From Eledone cirrhosa (taxonomy: Eukaryota): 64,000 nt of DNA. Below the pieces are notes generated by a model, which made no database searches, was not told the origin of the DNA, and was given only the letters and a program-made list of their open reading frames with translations. The position numbers were made by a program, and so were the translations under genes. Every line of letters begins with the position of its first letter. Position 1 is the stretch's first letter. The stretch lies in assembly GCA_964016885.1 (NCBI GenBank), contig OZ024750.1:54126001-54190000 (forward strand), read 5' to 3'. This document shows, piece after piece, positions 16,201 to 26,613 of the stretch.

Positions 16201-18952
16201 CACTGTGTTTTGGCCACATCACACACAGCAGTGACCTAACACTGTTTTTGACACATCACACTCAGAAGTGATCTAACACTGTGTTTTGGCCACACAACAC
16301 TCAGCCGTGAACTAATACAGTGTTTTGGCCACATCCCAGACAATAATGACCTAAAATTGTGTGTTGGCCACATAACACACAGCAGTGACCTAATACTGTG
16401 TTTTGGTTACATCACACTCAGTAGTAACCTAACACTGTGTTTTGGCCACATCACACTTAGCAGTGATCTAACACTGTGTTTTGGGCACATCACACTCAGC
16501 AGTGAGCTAACACTGTGTTTTGGCCACATAACACTCAGCAGTAACATAACAATGTGTTTTGGCCACATAACACTCAGCGGTGACCCAACACTGTGTTTTG
16601 GCCACATCACACACAGAAGTGACCTAACACTGTGTTTTGGCCACATCACACACAGCAGTGACCTAACACTGTGTTTTGGCCACATAACACACAGCAATGA
16701 ACTAACACTGTGTTTTGGCCACATCACACTCATGAGTGACCTAACACTGTGTTTTGGCCACATCACACACAGCAATGAACTAACACTGTGTTTTGGCCAC
16801 ATCACACTCAGCAGTGACCTAACACTGTGTTTTGGCCACATCACACTCAGCAGTGACCTAACACTGTGTTTTGGCCACATCACACTCTGCAGTGAATTAA
16901 CACTGTGTGTTGGCCACATCACACTCAGCAGTAAGCTAACACTCTGTTTTGGCCACATCACACTCAGCAGTGACCTAACACTGTGTGTTGGCCACATCAC
17001 ACTCAGCAGTAACCTAACACTGTGTTTTGGCCACATCACACTCAGCAGTGACCTAACACTGTTTTGGCCACATCACACACAGCAATGACCTAACACTGTG
17101 TTTTGGCCACATCACACTCAGCAATGACCTAATACTGTATGTTGGCCACATCACACTCAGCAGTGACCTAACACTGTGTGTTGGTCACATCACACACAGC
17201 AGTGAGCTAACACTGTGTGTTGGTCACATCACACACAGCAGTGAGCTAACACTCTGTTTTGGCTACATCACACTCAGCAGTGACCTAACACTGTGTTTTG
17301 GCCACATCACACACAGCAATGACCTAACACTGTGTTTTGGCCACATCACACTCAGCAGTGACCTAACACTGTGTTTTAGCCACATCACTCACAGCAATGA
17401 CGTAACACTGTGTTTTGGCCACATCACACTCAGCAGTGACCTAACACTGTGTTTTGGCCACATCACACACAGCAATGTCCTAACAATGTGTGTTGGCCAC
17501 ATCACACTCAGCAGTAACCTAACACTGTGTTTTGGCCACATCACACTCAACAGTGACCTAACACTGTTTTGGCCACATCACACACAGCAATGACCTAACA
17601 CTGTGTTTTGGCCACATCACACTCAGCAATGACCTAACACTGTATGTTGGCCACATCACACTCAGCAGTGACCTAACACTGTGTGTTGGTCACATCACAC
17701 ACAGCAGTGAGCTAACACTGTGTGTTGGTCACATCACACACAGCAGTGAGCTAACACTCTGTTTTGGCTACATCACACTCAGCAGTGACCTAACACTGTG
17801 TGTTGGTCACATCACTCTCAGCAGTGAGCTAACACTCTGTTTTGGCCACTTCACACACAGAAGTGACCTAACACTGTGTTTTAGCCACATCACTAACAGC
17901 AATGACGTAACACTGTGTTTTGGCTACATCACACTCAGCAGTGACCTAACACTGTGTGTTGGTCACATCACTCTCAGCAGTGAGCTAACACTCTGTTTTG
18001 GCCACTTCACACACAGAAGTGACCTAACACTGTGTTTTAGCCACATCACTCTCAGCAGTGACCTAACACTGTGTTTTGGTCACATCACTCTCAGCAGTGA
18101 CCTAACACTGTGTTTTGGCCACATAACACTCAGCAGTGACCTAACACTGTTTTGGCCACATCACACACAGCAATGACCTAACACTGTGTTTTGGCCACAA
18201 CACACTCAGCAATGACCTAATACTGTATATTGGCCACATCACACTCAGCAGTGACCTAACACTGTGTGTTGGTCACATCACACACAGCAGTGAGCTAACA
18301 CTGTGTTTTGGCCACATCACACACAGCAATGACCTAACACTGTGTTTTGGCCACATCACACTCAGCAGTGACCTAACACTGTGTTTTAGCCACATCACTC
18401 ACAGCAATGACGTAACACTGTGTTTTGGCTTCATCACACACAGCAGTGAGCTAACACTGTGTGTTGGTCACATCACATACAGCAATGTCCTAACAATGTG
18501 TGTTGGCCACATCACACTCAGCAGTGACCTAACACTGTGTTTTAGCCACATCACTCACAGCAATGACGTAACACTGTGTTTTGGCTACATCACACACAGC
18601 AGTGAGCTAACACTGTGTGTTGGTCACATCACTCTCAGCAGTGAGCTAACACTCTGTTTTGGCCACTTCACACACAGAAGTGACCTAACACTGTGTTTTA
18701 GCCACATCACTCTCAGCAGTGACCTAACACTGTGTTTTGGTCACATCACACTCAGCAGTGACCTAACACTGTTTTGGCCACATCACACACAGCAGTGGCT
18801 TAACACTGTGTTTTGGCCACATAACACTCAGCAGTGACCTAACACTGTTTTGGCCACATCACACACAGCAGTGGCTTAACACTGTGTTTTGGCCACATCA
18901 CACTCAGCAGTGACCTAACAATGTGTTTTGGCCACATAACACTCACACAGCA
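1236..18952. repeat. 39-bp tandem satellite array (~17.7 kb, roughly 450 monomers)
   Basis: Consensus CACTGTGTTTTGGCCACATCACACTCAGCAGTGACCTAA repeated head-to-tail; the 13-aa periodic pseudo-ORFs on both strands reflect the 39-bp period. Confidence 0.98.
2055..2960. repeat. 116-bp trimeric higher-order repeat, ~8 near-identical copies
   Basis: The variant GGCCAAACAC occurs at 2066, 2182, 2298, 2414, 2530, 2646, 2762, 2878 (exact 116-bp spacing = 38+39+39). Confidence 0.92.
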
Positions 18953-18954
18953 AG

Positions 18955-19110
18955 CTTTTTAACTTTTCATCTACCAAATTTCACTCATGTGACTTTAGTC
19001 AACCTAAGACTACAGTTCAAGATACTTGTCCATGAGGCAATATTATTGGACTGAACCCAGAACTATATGATTGTAAAGTGAACACCTTAACCACGCTGCC
19101 ATGCCTGCCC
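18955..19110 (-). mobile_element. Degenerate tRNA-derived SINE head (octopus-type)
   Basis: CTACCAAATTTCACTCA...GACTGAACCCAGAAC...CTTAACCAC; related copy at 22838-22965. Confidence 0.55.
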
Positions 19111-19296
19111 CTATTTATTAAAGCCCCATTCAATTCTTTCTTTTATGCCTTTCCTTGTTTCTGCCATTGGTCTGCAACCAAAACCACTGGAGCACTGCCT
19201 TCAAATGTTGAGCTTATCAAACCGAGTACTTATTTACTTCAAATCTCTTAGTTTATTGATTTTTATTTGTTGAACCACTTATATGGCACACACACG

Positions 19297-19470
19297 CAAA
19301 CCAATGTAAACACACACACACAAACTAATGTAAACACACACACACAAACTAATGTAAACACACACACACACAAACTAATGTAAACACACACACACACAAA
19401 CTAATGTAAACACACACACACAAATTAATGTAAACACACACACAAACTAATGTAAACACACACACACAAA
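19297..19470. repeat. ~24-bp minisatellite (ACAAACTAATGTAAACACACACAC)n
   Basis: About six tandem copies with a variable CA run. Confidence 0.85.
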
Positions 19471-19729
19471 CCCACATGGTTAGGGCACCGAGATCACAAT
19501 ATCAAGGTTATGAGTTTGATTCCCACACCAGGGCAATACATCATGTCCTTCAAGAAGATATTTCATTTCACATTTAGTTTACTCAGCTTGAAAAGATTGA
19601 GTTGGGACAACACTGTTGCCAAGCTGTACTGGCCTTTGACATTCTCTTGGACAACATTGGTGGTGTGGAGTGGGGATAGTGCCCAGGCTTCTGTTTGGGA
19701 GAGGAACTTTTCAGTTGCAATCCCATGGT

Positions 19730-20075
19730 CAGTCAATGATGATAATGGGGATGATCCCGTAACTCCTAAAGGAGTCATAGAAGCACCATATTGACCGTTT
19801 CTAGGGCATTTTAAAGCCTAAAAGAGCCCATCTCCACTCCAGGTCTGAATACAGCAGATTTCTTCCAGAAAAGAATAGTAAGTGAGAGAATGGAAGTGAG
19901 AAAGAGATATAGAGGAAGAATCGATCCCAGTACTAGACTGGTACTTTTTTTATTGACTTCGAAAGGATGAAATGCTAAGTTGACCTCGGTGGGATGTAAA
20001 CTCAGAGAGCAGAGAGCTGAAATGAATACCATAAAGCATTCTATATGACATTCTAAGGACTCTGCCTATTCGCTG
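19730..20075 (-). mobile_element. SINE with Meta-like core and extended tail
   Basis: CTGGTACTTTTTTTATTGACTTCGAAAGGATGAAA...GTTGACCTCGG; the TTTCTTCCAG...GAGGAAGAA body is shared with 23020-23345. Confidence 0.6.
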
Positions 20076-20395
20076 GTGATGATATATATATAACTAAAAC
20101 TGTATATGCCTTAACTAGAATGTAAACAAATCTAAACCAAATTCATGCTATCCATGAACTCAAGCAAATACAAATCATAATCCTACAATCAACCCTAAAC
20201 ACCGAACCTTACCGCAATATCCATAAATTAAATTAAAAAATATAACCCAGCGCACTCAGTTAAACATCAACCAACCTGCTCCAATCACTAGTATAGGACT
20301 GTTGGATGTTGTCAGGCTGCAGCTGTTGTATTATGTAGTTTCTATATACTCATATATATATATTATTATCATTTTACGTCCGATATCAATCATTT

Positions 20396-20514
20396 TACAG
20401 TCTGAGTTCAAATCCCGCCGAGGTTAACTTTGCCTTTCATCCTTACGGGGTCGATAAAATAAAGTACCAGTAATGTACTGGGTAATTGCTGGCCTTGTGC
20501 CTAAAGTAGAAACA
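20396..20514 (+). mobile_element. Young 5'-truncated SINE with 17-bp target-site duplication
   Basis: GAGTTCAAATCC B-box plus Meta-like core; flanked by ATTATCATTTTACGTCC at 20365-20381 and 20515-20531. Confidence 0.8.
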
Positions 20515-20968
20515 ATTATCATTTTACGTCCACTTTGCCTTGCTTGCAAGGGTGGGATGGGTCCTCTTCATCACAGCATATCTACATTTGTCACGGACCC
20601 TCATCATCTCTGTAAGCTTCAGTGATCAGAGGTCAGCTCGCACCACCTCTGCCCATATTTTTTGTGGCCTTCCTCTACTCCGCCTTCCTTCCACTGAGAT
20701 TTCTTGGCAATTCTTCACCCAGCAGTGACCATCCATGCACATCATATGTCCATACCAATGTAGTCTTCTCTCCTGCACACTACAATTTATTCCTTTTATA
20801 CACAGTTTCTCTCCCAACTCGTCTATGTTTGATCATTCACGTACATTGACATTGCATATCCATTGGAACATGCTTGCTTCATTACTCTTCAGCCATTGCA
20901 TATCCTCTGCAGTTGCTGCCCATGTCTCACTCCTATGCAGCATCGTGCATCTCACACAGGCATCATAT
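20515..20968 (-). mobile_element. RTE LINE 3' fragment
   Basis: QERRLHWYGHMM...VEGRRSRGRPQKIWAEVVRADL; the 3' end GGACGTAAAATGAT matches the RTE end at ~59332-59345. Confidence 0.85.
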
Positions 20969-20979
20969 ATATATATATA

Positions 20980-21491
20980 TATATCAAATTATAAATGTGA
21001 GGAAAGAATTGACAAAAATATACCTATTTTTGCTTCAAAGTCCTGACTGCAGTTTCACCTACTGGTTTGCAGCAATCATACACCAGAAAAGTACACGTGT
21101 GCTGTGAGGCTGCCGGCTCTTTAAGAGATCCCTCAAGTGAATGGACTGCTTCCTGACCTGGCCGTCAAAAGTGAATAATTCTCGGGAGAGAGAAATTATC
21201 ACATGGTAGCAGTCAAAGAATGGAGGCAAAAGCTGGATGTTCGGCAAGTACCACATTTGCTAGAAAAAGCAGCCAGCATCTGCCTGTTTAACTCTACTAT
21301 AAGGGATTTTGGACAAAATAGTAATTAGATACACACATAGATACATAAGTATATGTGTGGTGTCCCACCTTGACCAGTTTTGCTCAATGACCGAAAGAAT
21401 TAAAATAATCAAAAGAATTAAAATAATAATTTAATCAGAACTGTCTATCAAATTATAAATGTTAGGAAAGAATAGACAAAAATATACCTAT
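20980..21491 (-). mobile_element. Short non-coding element with 46-bp terminal direct repeats, embedded in (TA)n
   Basis: TATCAAATTATAAATGT.AGGAAAGAAT.GACAAAAATATACCTAT at ~20982-21027 and ~21446-21491; minus-strand GAAACTGCAGTC resembles a hammerhead 3' half. Confidence 0.5.
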
Positions 21492-21511
21492 ATATATATA
21501 AATATATATAA

Positions 21512-22835
21512 CTAGCAGTTTAGCCCTTCATTGCTCGGGTTTGTTCATTTGCTATGAAAAGTTACATACAGGTAAACGTGGCTTGAAAGCGAATAAGCTT
21601 ATCAATTAAGTGTGTAAAGCAGTTGAACCGGTTATTAAATGTTACGAACCAATTAGCTTTTTGGACAATCAATGATAGGTTAATAATCTTCCAATAGCGA
21701 ATTTAGCAGACCAAAGTTGCAAGATGGTGTCCCTGATGCCGCTGGGTGTCAGATCTGTCCGCCAATAGTTTTCCAGACGGCATAGCTCCAACACCTCCAA
21801 CACCTGCACCAACATCTATAGCACCTCTTTGTAGACGATATTGCGTGTCATCCCTTGAGGAGTGTAAGCAAAAAGTCCATTCCTGCTCCCTACGCGGGAA
21901 CAGGCAACATAAAGTTGGCCATAGGAGAAGCATGGCTCCCCCAAATGGATGCCCGCCACCGACAATGTTTGCCCTTGTGACTTATTAATGGACATGGCAA
22001 AACATGGTCTCACCGGGAATTGGGATCGCCGGATATCGAACGAAATATCGGACGCCGAGGGGAAAAGGTTCATCCTTGGCAGTGTATTCGGCAGAATTAC
22101 CAGAAGTACAACACTATGGGTGTTGTCATATTAATATTTAACCAATGAAAGTCGTAAAAAATAAATAATTTAAACATTCCGATTCATATGTCTATAGCAT
22201 TAATCTGTTATATGAAGTGTTATTTTGCGGGTTGTTATTTGCAATAAGCCGATTTAAAATACCCCAGAAAAGCCGTATGTCAATACGGAACTCCAATGAC
22301 TCCTCCAGCAGTTAAATTATAGAGATGGGGAATAATCTATTATAGAGAAAGGGAAGAGCGACGGAGAGAGTAAAGCTAAGAAACTATAGGGAGGTGTGTA
22401 AAACAGTGTAGTCATATAGAGAGTGAAAAGCAACAGAGAGAGTAAAGCAGTTAAATGATAGAGAGGGGGAATGATCTATTATAGAGGGAGGGAAGAGTGA
22501 CGGAGAGAGCGTTATGACTATGTTTGTTGTTGTATAAAATGATGTGTTGCTTAGTTTTCAAAGTTTATGTCGCGTTCCTGAACAAAGTTTTGTCACTGTT
22601 GGGTAGTAGAGAGAGTTAATAAGCGTGTAAGAGAGAGGGTTACAGCATGTATTTAGTTTTATCGATTTTTTTTCATAGAAGCAGGAAATTTTTGGCAAAG
22701 TTTATTACGCGTTGACCATCGTTGGTAAATTTGGAGCACATTGGAAAAAAAATTATCAAAATCGGTAGAGAAATGTAGAAATGCATAAAAATCATACACA
22801 CACACAGACAGACATCTGTTTTATATATAGAGAGA
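21512..22835 (-). mobile_element. Non-autonomous Helitron carrying a RepHel helicase fragment
   Basis: Minus strand A|TCTCTCTATATATAAAA ... CCCGAGCAATGAAGGG..CTAG|T termini; internal ~60-bp direct repeat at ~22308 and ~22447. Confidence 0.8.
21816..22085 (-). pseudogene. PIF1-like helicase C-terminus of Helitron RepHel
   Basis: RRSQFPVRPCFAMSINKSQGQTL...CFSYGQLYVACSRV...TRNIVYKEVL (helicase motifs V/VI and the typical Helitron C-terminus). Confidence 0.9.
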
Positions 22836-22837
22836 TG

Positions 22838-22965
22838 ATGGGCTTCTGCACTGTTTCCTACTACTAAATTTAACATAAAAGGTATTGGTCAATCTGAGGC
22901 TATAGTAGCACACAGTGTGATTGAACCCAATACCATGTGATTGTGAAACAATCTTCTTAACCACC
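22838..22965 (-). mobile_element. SINE head remnant
   Basis: GATGGGCTTCT...GAGGCTATAGTAG...TGAACCC...CCATGTG.TTG; same family as 18955-19110. Confidence 0.55.
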
Positions 22966-23019
22966 AAATTGTAGAAGATCTAACAGAATATTTAGTTGTT
23001 GCACTCACAATAATTGAGG

Positions 23020-23345
23020 AAAATATAGGGAACTTAACTCCTGTTGACATCATAGGAGCTCTCCTCTCAAACATAGTGTCTTCGACATTTTAAACTTGGT
23101 GGATTCCATTCCCTCTCTGGGTTGGAACATAGCCAGTTTCTTCCAGAGAAAGAGTGAGAATGAGAGAAAGCAAAGAAAGATAGAGGAAGAATTGGCCCCA
23201 GTATTTGACTGGTACTTTATTTATCAACCTCAAAAAGATGAATGGCAAAGTTAACTAAAGCAGGATTTGAATTCGAATTGCAGTGAGCTGAATAAAATAC
23301 TGAGGAGGCATTTAATTTGATACGACTCAGCCAATTTGCCTTATC
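23020..23345 (-). mobile_element. SINE with Meta-like core (same family as 19730-20075)
   Basis: GACTGGTACTTTATTTATCAACCTCAAAAGATGAATGGCAAAGTTAAC...GGATTTGAA. Confidence 0.6.
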
Positions 23346-23904
23346 AGGTAATGGGGATATTCAAATTAACTGTTAAAAAAAATCTACTGCTGCAGATGTC
23401 TTCAATATTTTGTCTAAGTTAAAACCTTGATATGATAAGGACATTTTTTGACTTTCAAGATTATCAAAATTAAACAATTTTAGGTGCTATATATGGGGCA
23501 CCGCTTATATTTATTGACCCCAATACTTATTAAACTCTTTTAAAATGCTATTGTTATATTTACAGTTAATATGGTGTGGTAAATAAATATATACACCAGG
23601 TCCGAATACAATGGAACCAAACTCCCACTGTCACTGCCTCCCACTCTCCCACTCTCCCCATCTCTCACTATTATGAGAAAATGGGGGCCCACATGCTCAT
23701 GGCTCCAGCGGACAGAATAGAGAAGGCGTTTCCCCGGAGGATGGTGAGGGAGACGCACTGGAAGAGCCATTCCAGCTGGCAAGGCTCATACATGCGAGTA
23801 GCCAACGCTGGTGAGCAAGGAGATGGTCTCCACGGCTACAGGCTCAACTGCAAACCTGTTGAAGAGCGACTGATATTTGGAGTGTTTACCCTTGTTGACC
23901 CATC

Positions 23905-24303
23905 TGTCCTTTAAAGGGAATGTGCATGTACAGGAACATGATCTACCAATGTGTGGTTGAAACTAACTTGGGGATCTATAGATATGTGGGTGCAACCTCC
24001 AACTTTTTTAAGAAAAGATGGTACGTGCACTGATATTTATTAAAGAACCCTAAGCGTAGTAACTCAACCACTCTCACCAAGAAGATCTGGGACTTGAAAC
24101 AGAACATCATGGATTATACTCTCTCCTAGTCCGTGTTAAGATTCACACGTCCATACCAGAATGAAAGACGCTCTTGTAACCTTTGTGTGATGGAGGTAAT
24201 GGAAATTATGTCTGGATCTGATCTGTTAAACTCTCAACAGGACAGAATTATTAATTGCCAACATAGGAATCTATGTACCTTTGCCAGGTGCCACCCAGAT
24301 TAG
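23905..24303 (+). pseudogene. Penelope-like GIY-YIG endonuclease fragment
   Basis: Manual translation CPLKGMCMYRNMIYQCVV...RYVGATSNFFKKRWYVH*...KIWDLK...CNLC; in-frame stops. Confidence 0.85.
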
Positions 24304-25069
24304 CATTATTCCTTTCTCCTGTCTAGATATCCCTATTATATTTCCTCTATACCCATTTAGCTGCATATTAAATTTTCTTTTTCCTCTTTGACTAGCATTA
24401 GATTCGATCCTACTTTTTTTTTCCACCTTACTTTTGCTCCTGCCATATCTCCAATTGATAGTATCTTATGTCACCAATTTATTTACTTAATAGTTCCCTA
24501 ATTTATCCTTTCATTTATGGAAGTCTGGTAAAATACATTTACTATTGCCATCAAATTTTTAGACACTTCAATCAGAGGAACTTATTCCTACTTCTCTCAT
24601 TGAAATATTACTTGCTTACTCGCTACTTAAAAAATATATACTTTAACTGTAAGTCTCCTTTTATGGGTGCATTTGTCTGCATATGTATCAGTATATGTGT
24701 GTGTGTGTGTGTATATATACACACACACATGAGCATATATATGAGTATATGTGCGTAGGCGAGTATATGTTGTATTTGTGTTATATCCGTACAAGTGTAT
24801 TTGCATATGAACATGTGTGCGTACATGTATATGTGTATGTATATATACATATGTGTACGTGTATATATGTATACATATATATATATTGTTATACTTGGGG
24901 AGGGTCATATTGTTATAATATTGCCAGAAATAATAATAAAACACACTCACTGTTTGATGGTTTTCACTTCTGTATCTTTTATATCTCCATAGTTAATTTA
25001 TCTGGCAATCTTTTATATCTCCATAGTTAATTTATCATTGATTGACCAACGGTTAAAAATACAGATATA

Positions 25070-26612
25070 AATATATATATATATAGTCTATTAAAGTTCT
25101 TTCGTCACACATCTGCAACATCATCAGTGGTACTATTGTTTCCTCTTGCTGTATTGTATTGTACTGTAATGTCTACGCCATTTTTATTTTATTTTATTTA
25201 TTTATCTATTTTTGTCTCTGTCTCTGTTTGTGCATGCGTTTGCGTGTGTGTTTCATGTTTGGTGTGTGTGTTCTTGTTTGAGTGTATGTGTTTTTGTTTT
25301 TGTATTATATCTTTGTTCACTAGTGTGTGTTTATATGTGTTTGTTGTTATTGTACTTGTGTATATATTTATTTATTTATATTTCCCTTAGGTCAGTATTG
25401 TTTGTTTGGGTATAGTTGTTGTTATTCCATTCATTTGGTTTAACTTTGGTCTTCTTAGCTCTATCTCCGTTGCTTCTCTGATTTGCCTACTTGTTGAGTC
25501 ATTTCTAAGTTTAGATGTTATTTTAATTTCTATGATGTCTATATTACTGTCATGTCTTTGTCTGACGTGTTCCTATAGTACTGAACCGTTTTTTGTCCAT
25601 TTCTCCCCACCCCAGTGTTGGTCTATTCTTTCTCCTATGCTTCGAGCTGTCTCACCTATGTATGTCGTTGTCATGTTTCTGCAAGTACCCTCTGTACATC
25701 TTATGTTATAGACTACATTTCTAGTTTTACAATTTATCTGGGGGTTCATTTTACATATAACACATTTCTTATTCGTACAGTGGGTTTTTTTAAAGGGGTA
25801 TGTGTTGCAGATCAGGGATTTTATGGTAGTTCCTGGCGTTTCTACCACTATAATCTTTAAATTGGTCTTTATTAGAGCCTTTCTACATTAGTTAGCTAAT
25901 TTCCCTCCAGGGGTAGCATCCACAAACATGACACTCTGGTATCTCTGGTTGTCGTACCATGAAGTGGCTTTCCCTATCTTATGTTTAGTCCTATCTAAGC
26001 TATTCCATGATTTGCTCCTGTATAATGGGCAAATTCCTTTCATGTCCATTTCTATGAGAGTCCTATATTTCTCCGTAGCTCCTTTGTATACTCTGACTCT
26101 GTCTCTTTGGTTGTAGCCAGAGAACTGCATACGATTGATGAAGTGTTGGGTGTGTCTTTCCATTTCAGTTGGATCGCACATGCGGGACACATTCTTCATC
26201 ACTCGTACCAAGTCTGCGATCAGAATATTAAACTTAGCACTACTGGACATTGCTGAGTTTTTGAGTATCAGGTATTTGGAAGCCATAGGTTTAGAATAGT
26301 GTGAGTGGAGAATTTGGGTTCTCTCGTCTATAGTGTTTAACCAGAGTTCCATGTCTAATACAGGTAGTCTACTGTTAGGCTGTTTGGAAGGGTAGTCAAT
26401 AGTTACATTTATACTCTGGTGTATGGAGTTAGCTATCTGCTTGATGCTCTCCATTGTGCTATATTATAAATCATGTTCAGTAGTACTCTCTTGTGGGGGT
26501 GTTCTTATTACTATATTAATATCGTCTACGTAACGAGAGTACATGACGTGGGCTATAGAGTTCTCTTCTAGTTCTCTGAGTCTCCTCTCCCACCATACCA
26601 TAAATAGTTTGG
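25070..26612 (-). mobile_element. Penelope-like element, 5'-truncated (RT C-half + GIY-YIG + 3' region)
   Basis: YSRYVDD at 26521-26540, RLPVLDMELW, HYSKPMAS, Cys-rich linker, NVVYNIRC...YIGETARSIGERIDQH; stops present; ends at (TA)n. Confidence 0.9.
25090..25135 (-). ncRNA. Degenerate type I hammerhead ribozyme in PLE 3' region
   Basis: CTGATGA-tGTTGCAgatgTGTGAC-GAAA-GAACTT; stems I and III are decayed. Confidence 0.55.
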
Positions 26613-26613
26613 C

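Noticed and set aside
1236-18952. CRISPR array or repeat-protein gene (MWPKHSVRSLLSV / LTLCFGHITLSSD ORFs)
   Set aside because: No unique spacers and no cas genes; ORFs occur on both strands only because 39 is divisible by 3, and 37/38-bp monomers break frames freely.
23576-23914. 112-aa ORF upstream of the GIY-YIG fragment
   Set aside because: No recognisable motif; cannot be assigned from sequence alone.
25573-26454. Selenoprotein-type (Naiad) PLE with read-through stops
   Set aside because: The interrupting stops are TAA, not TGA, and the GIY-YIG is C-terminal.
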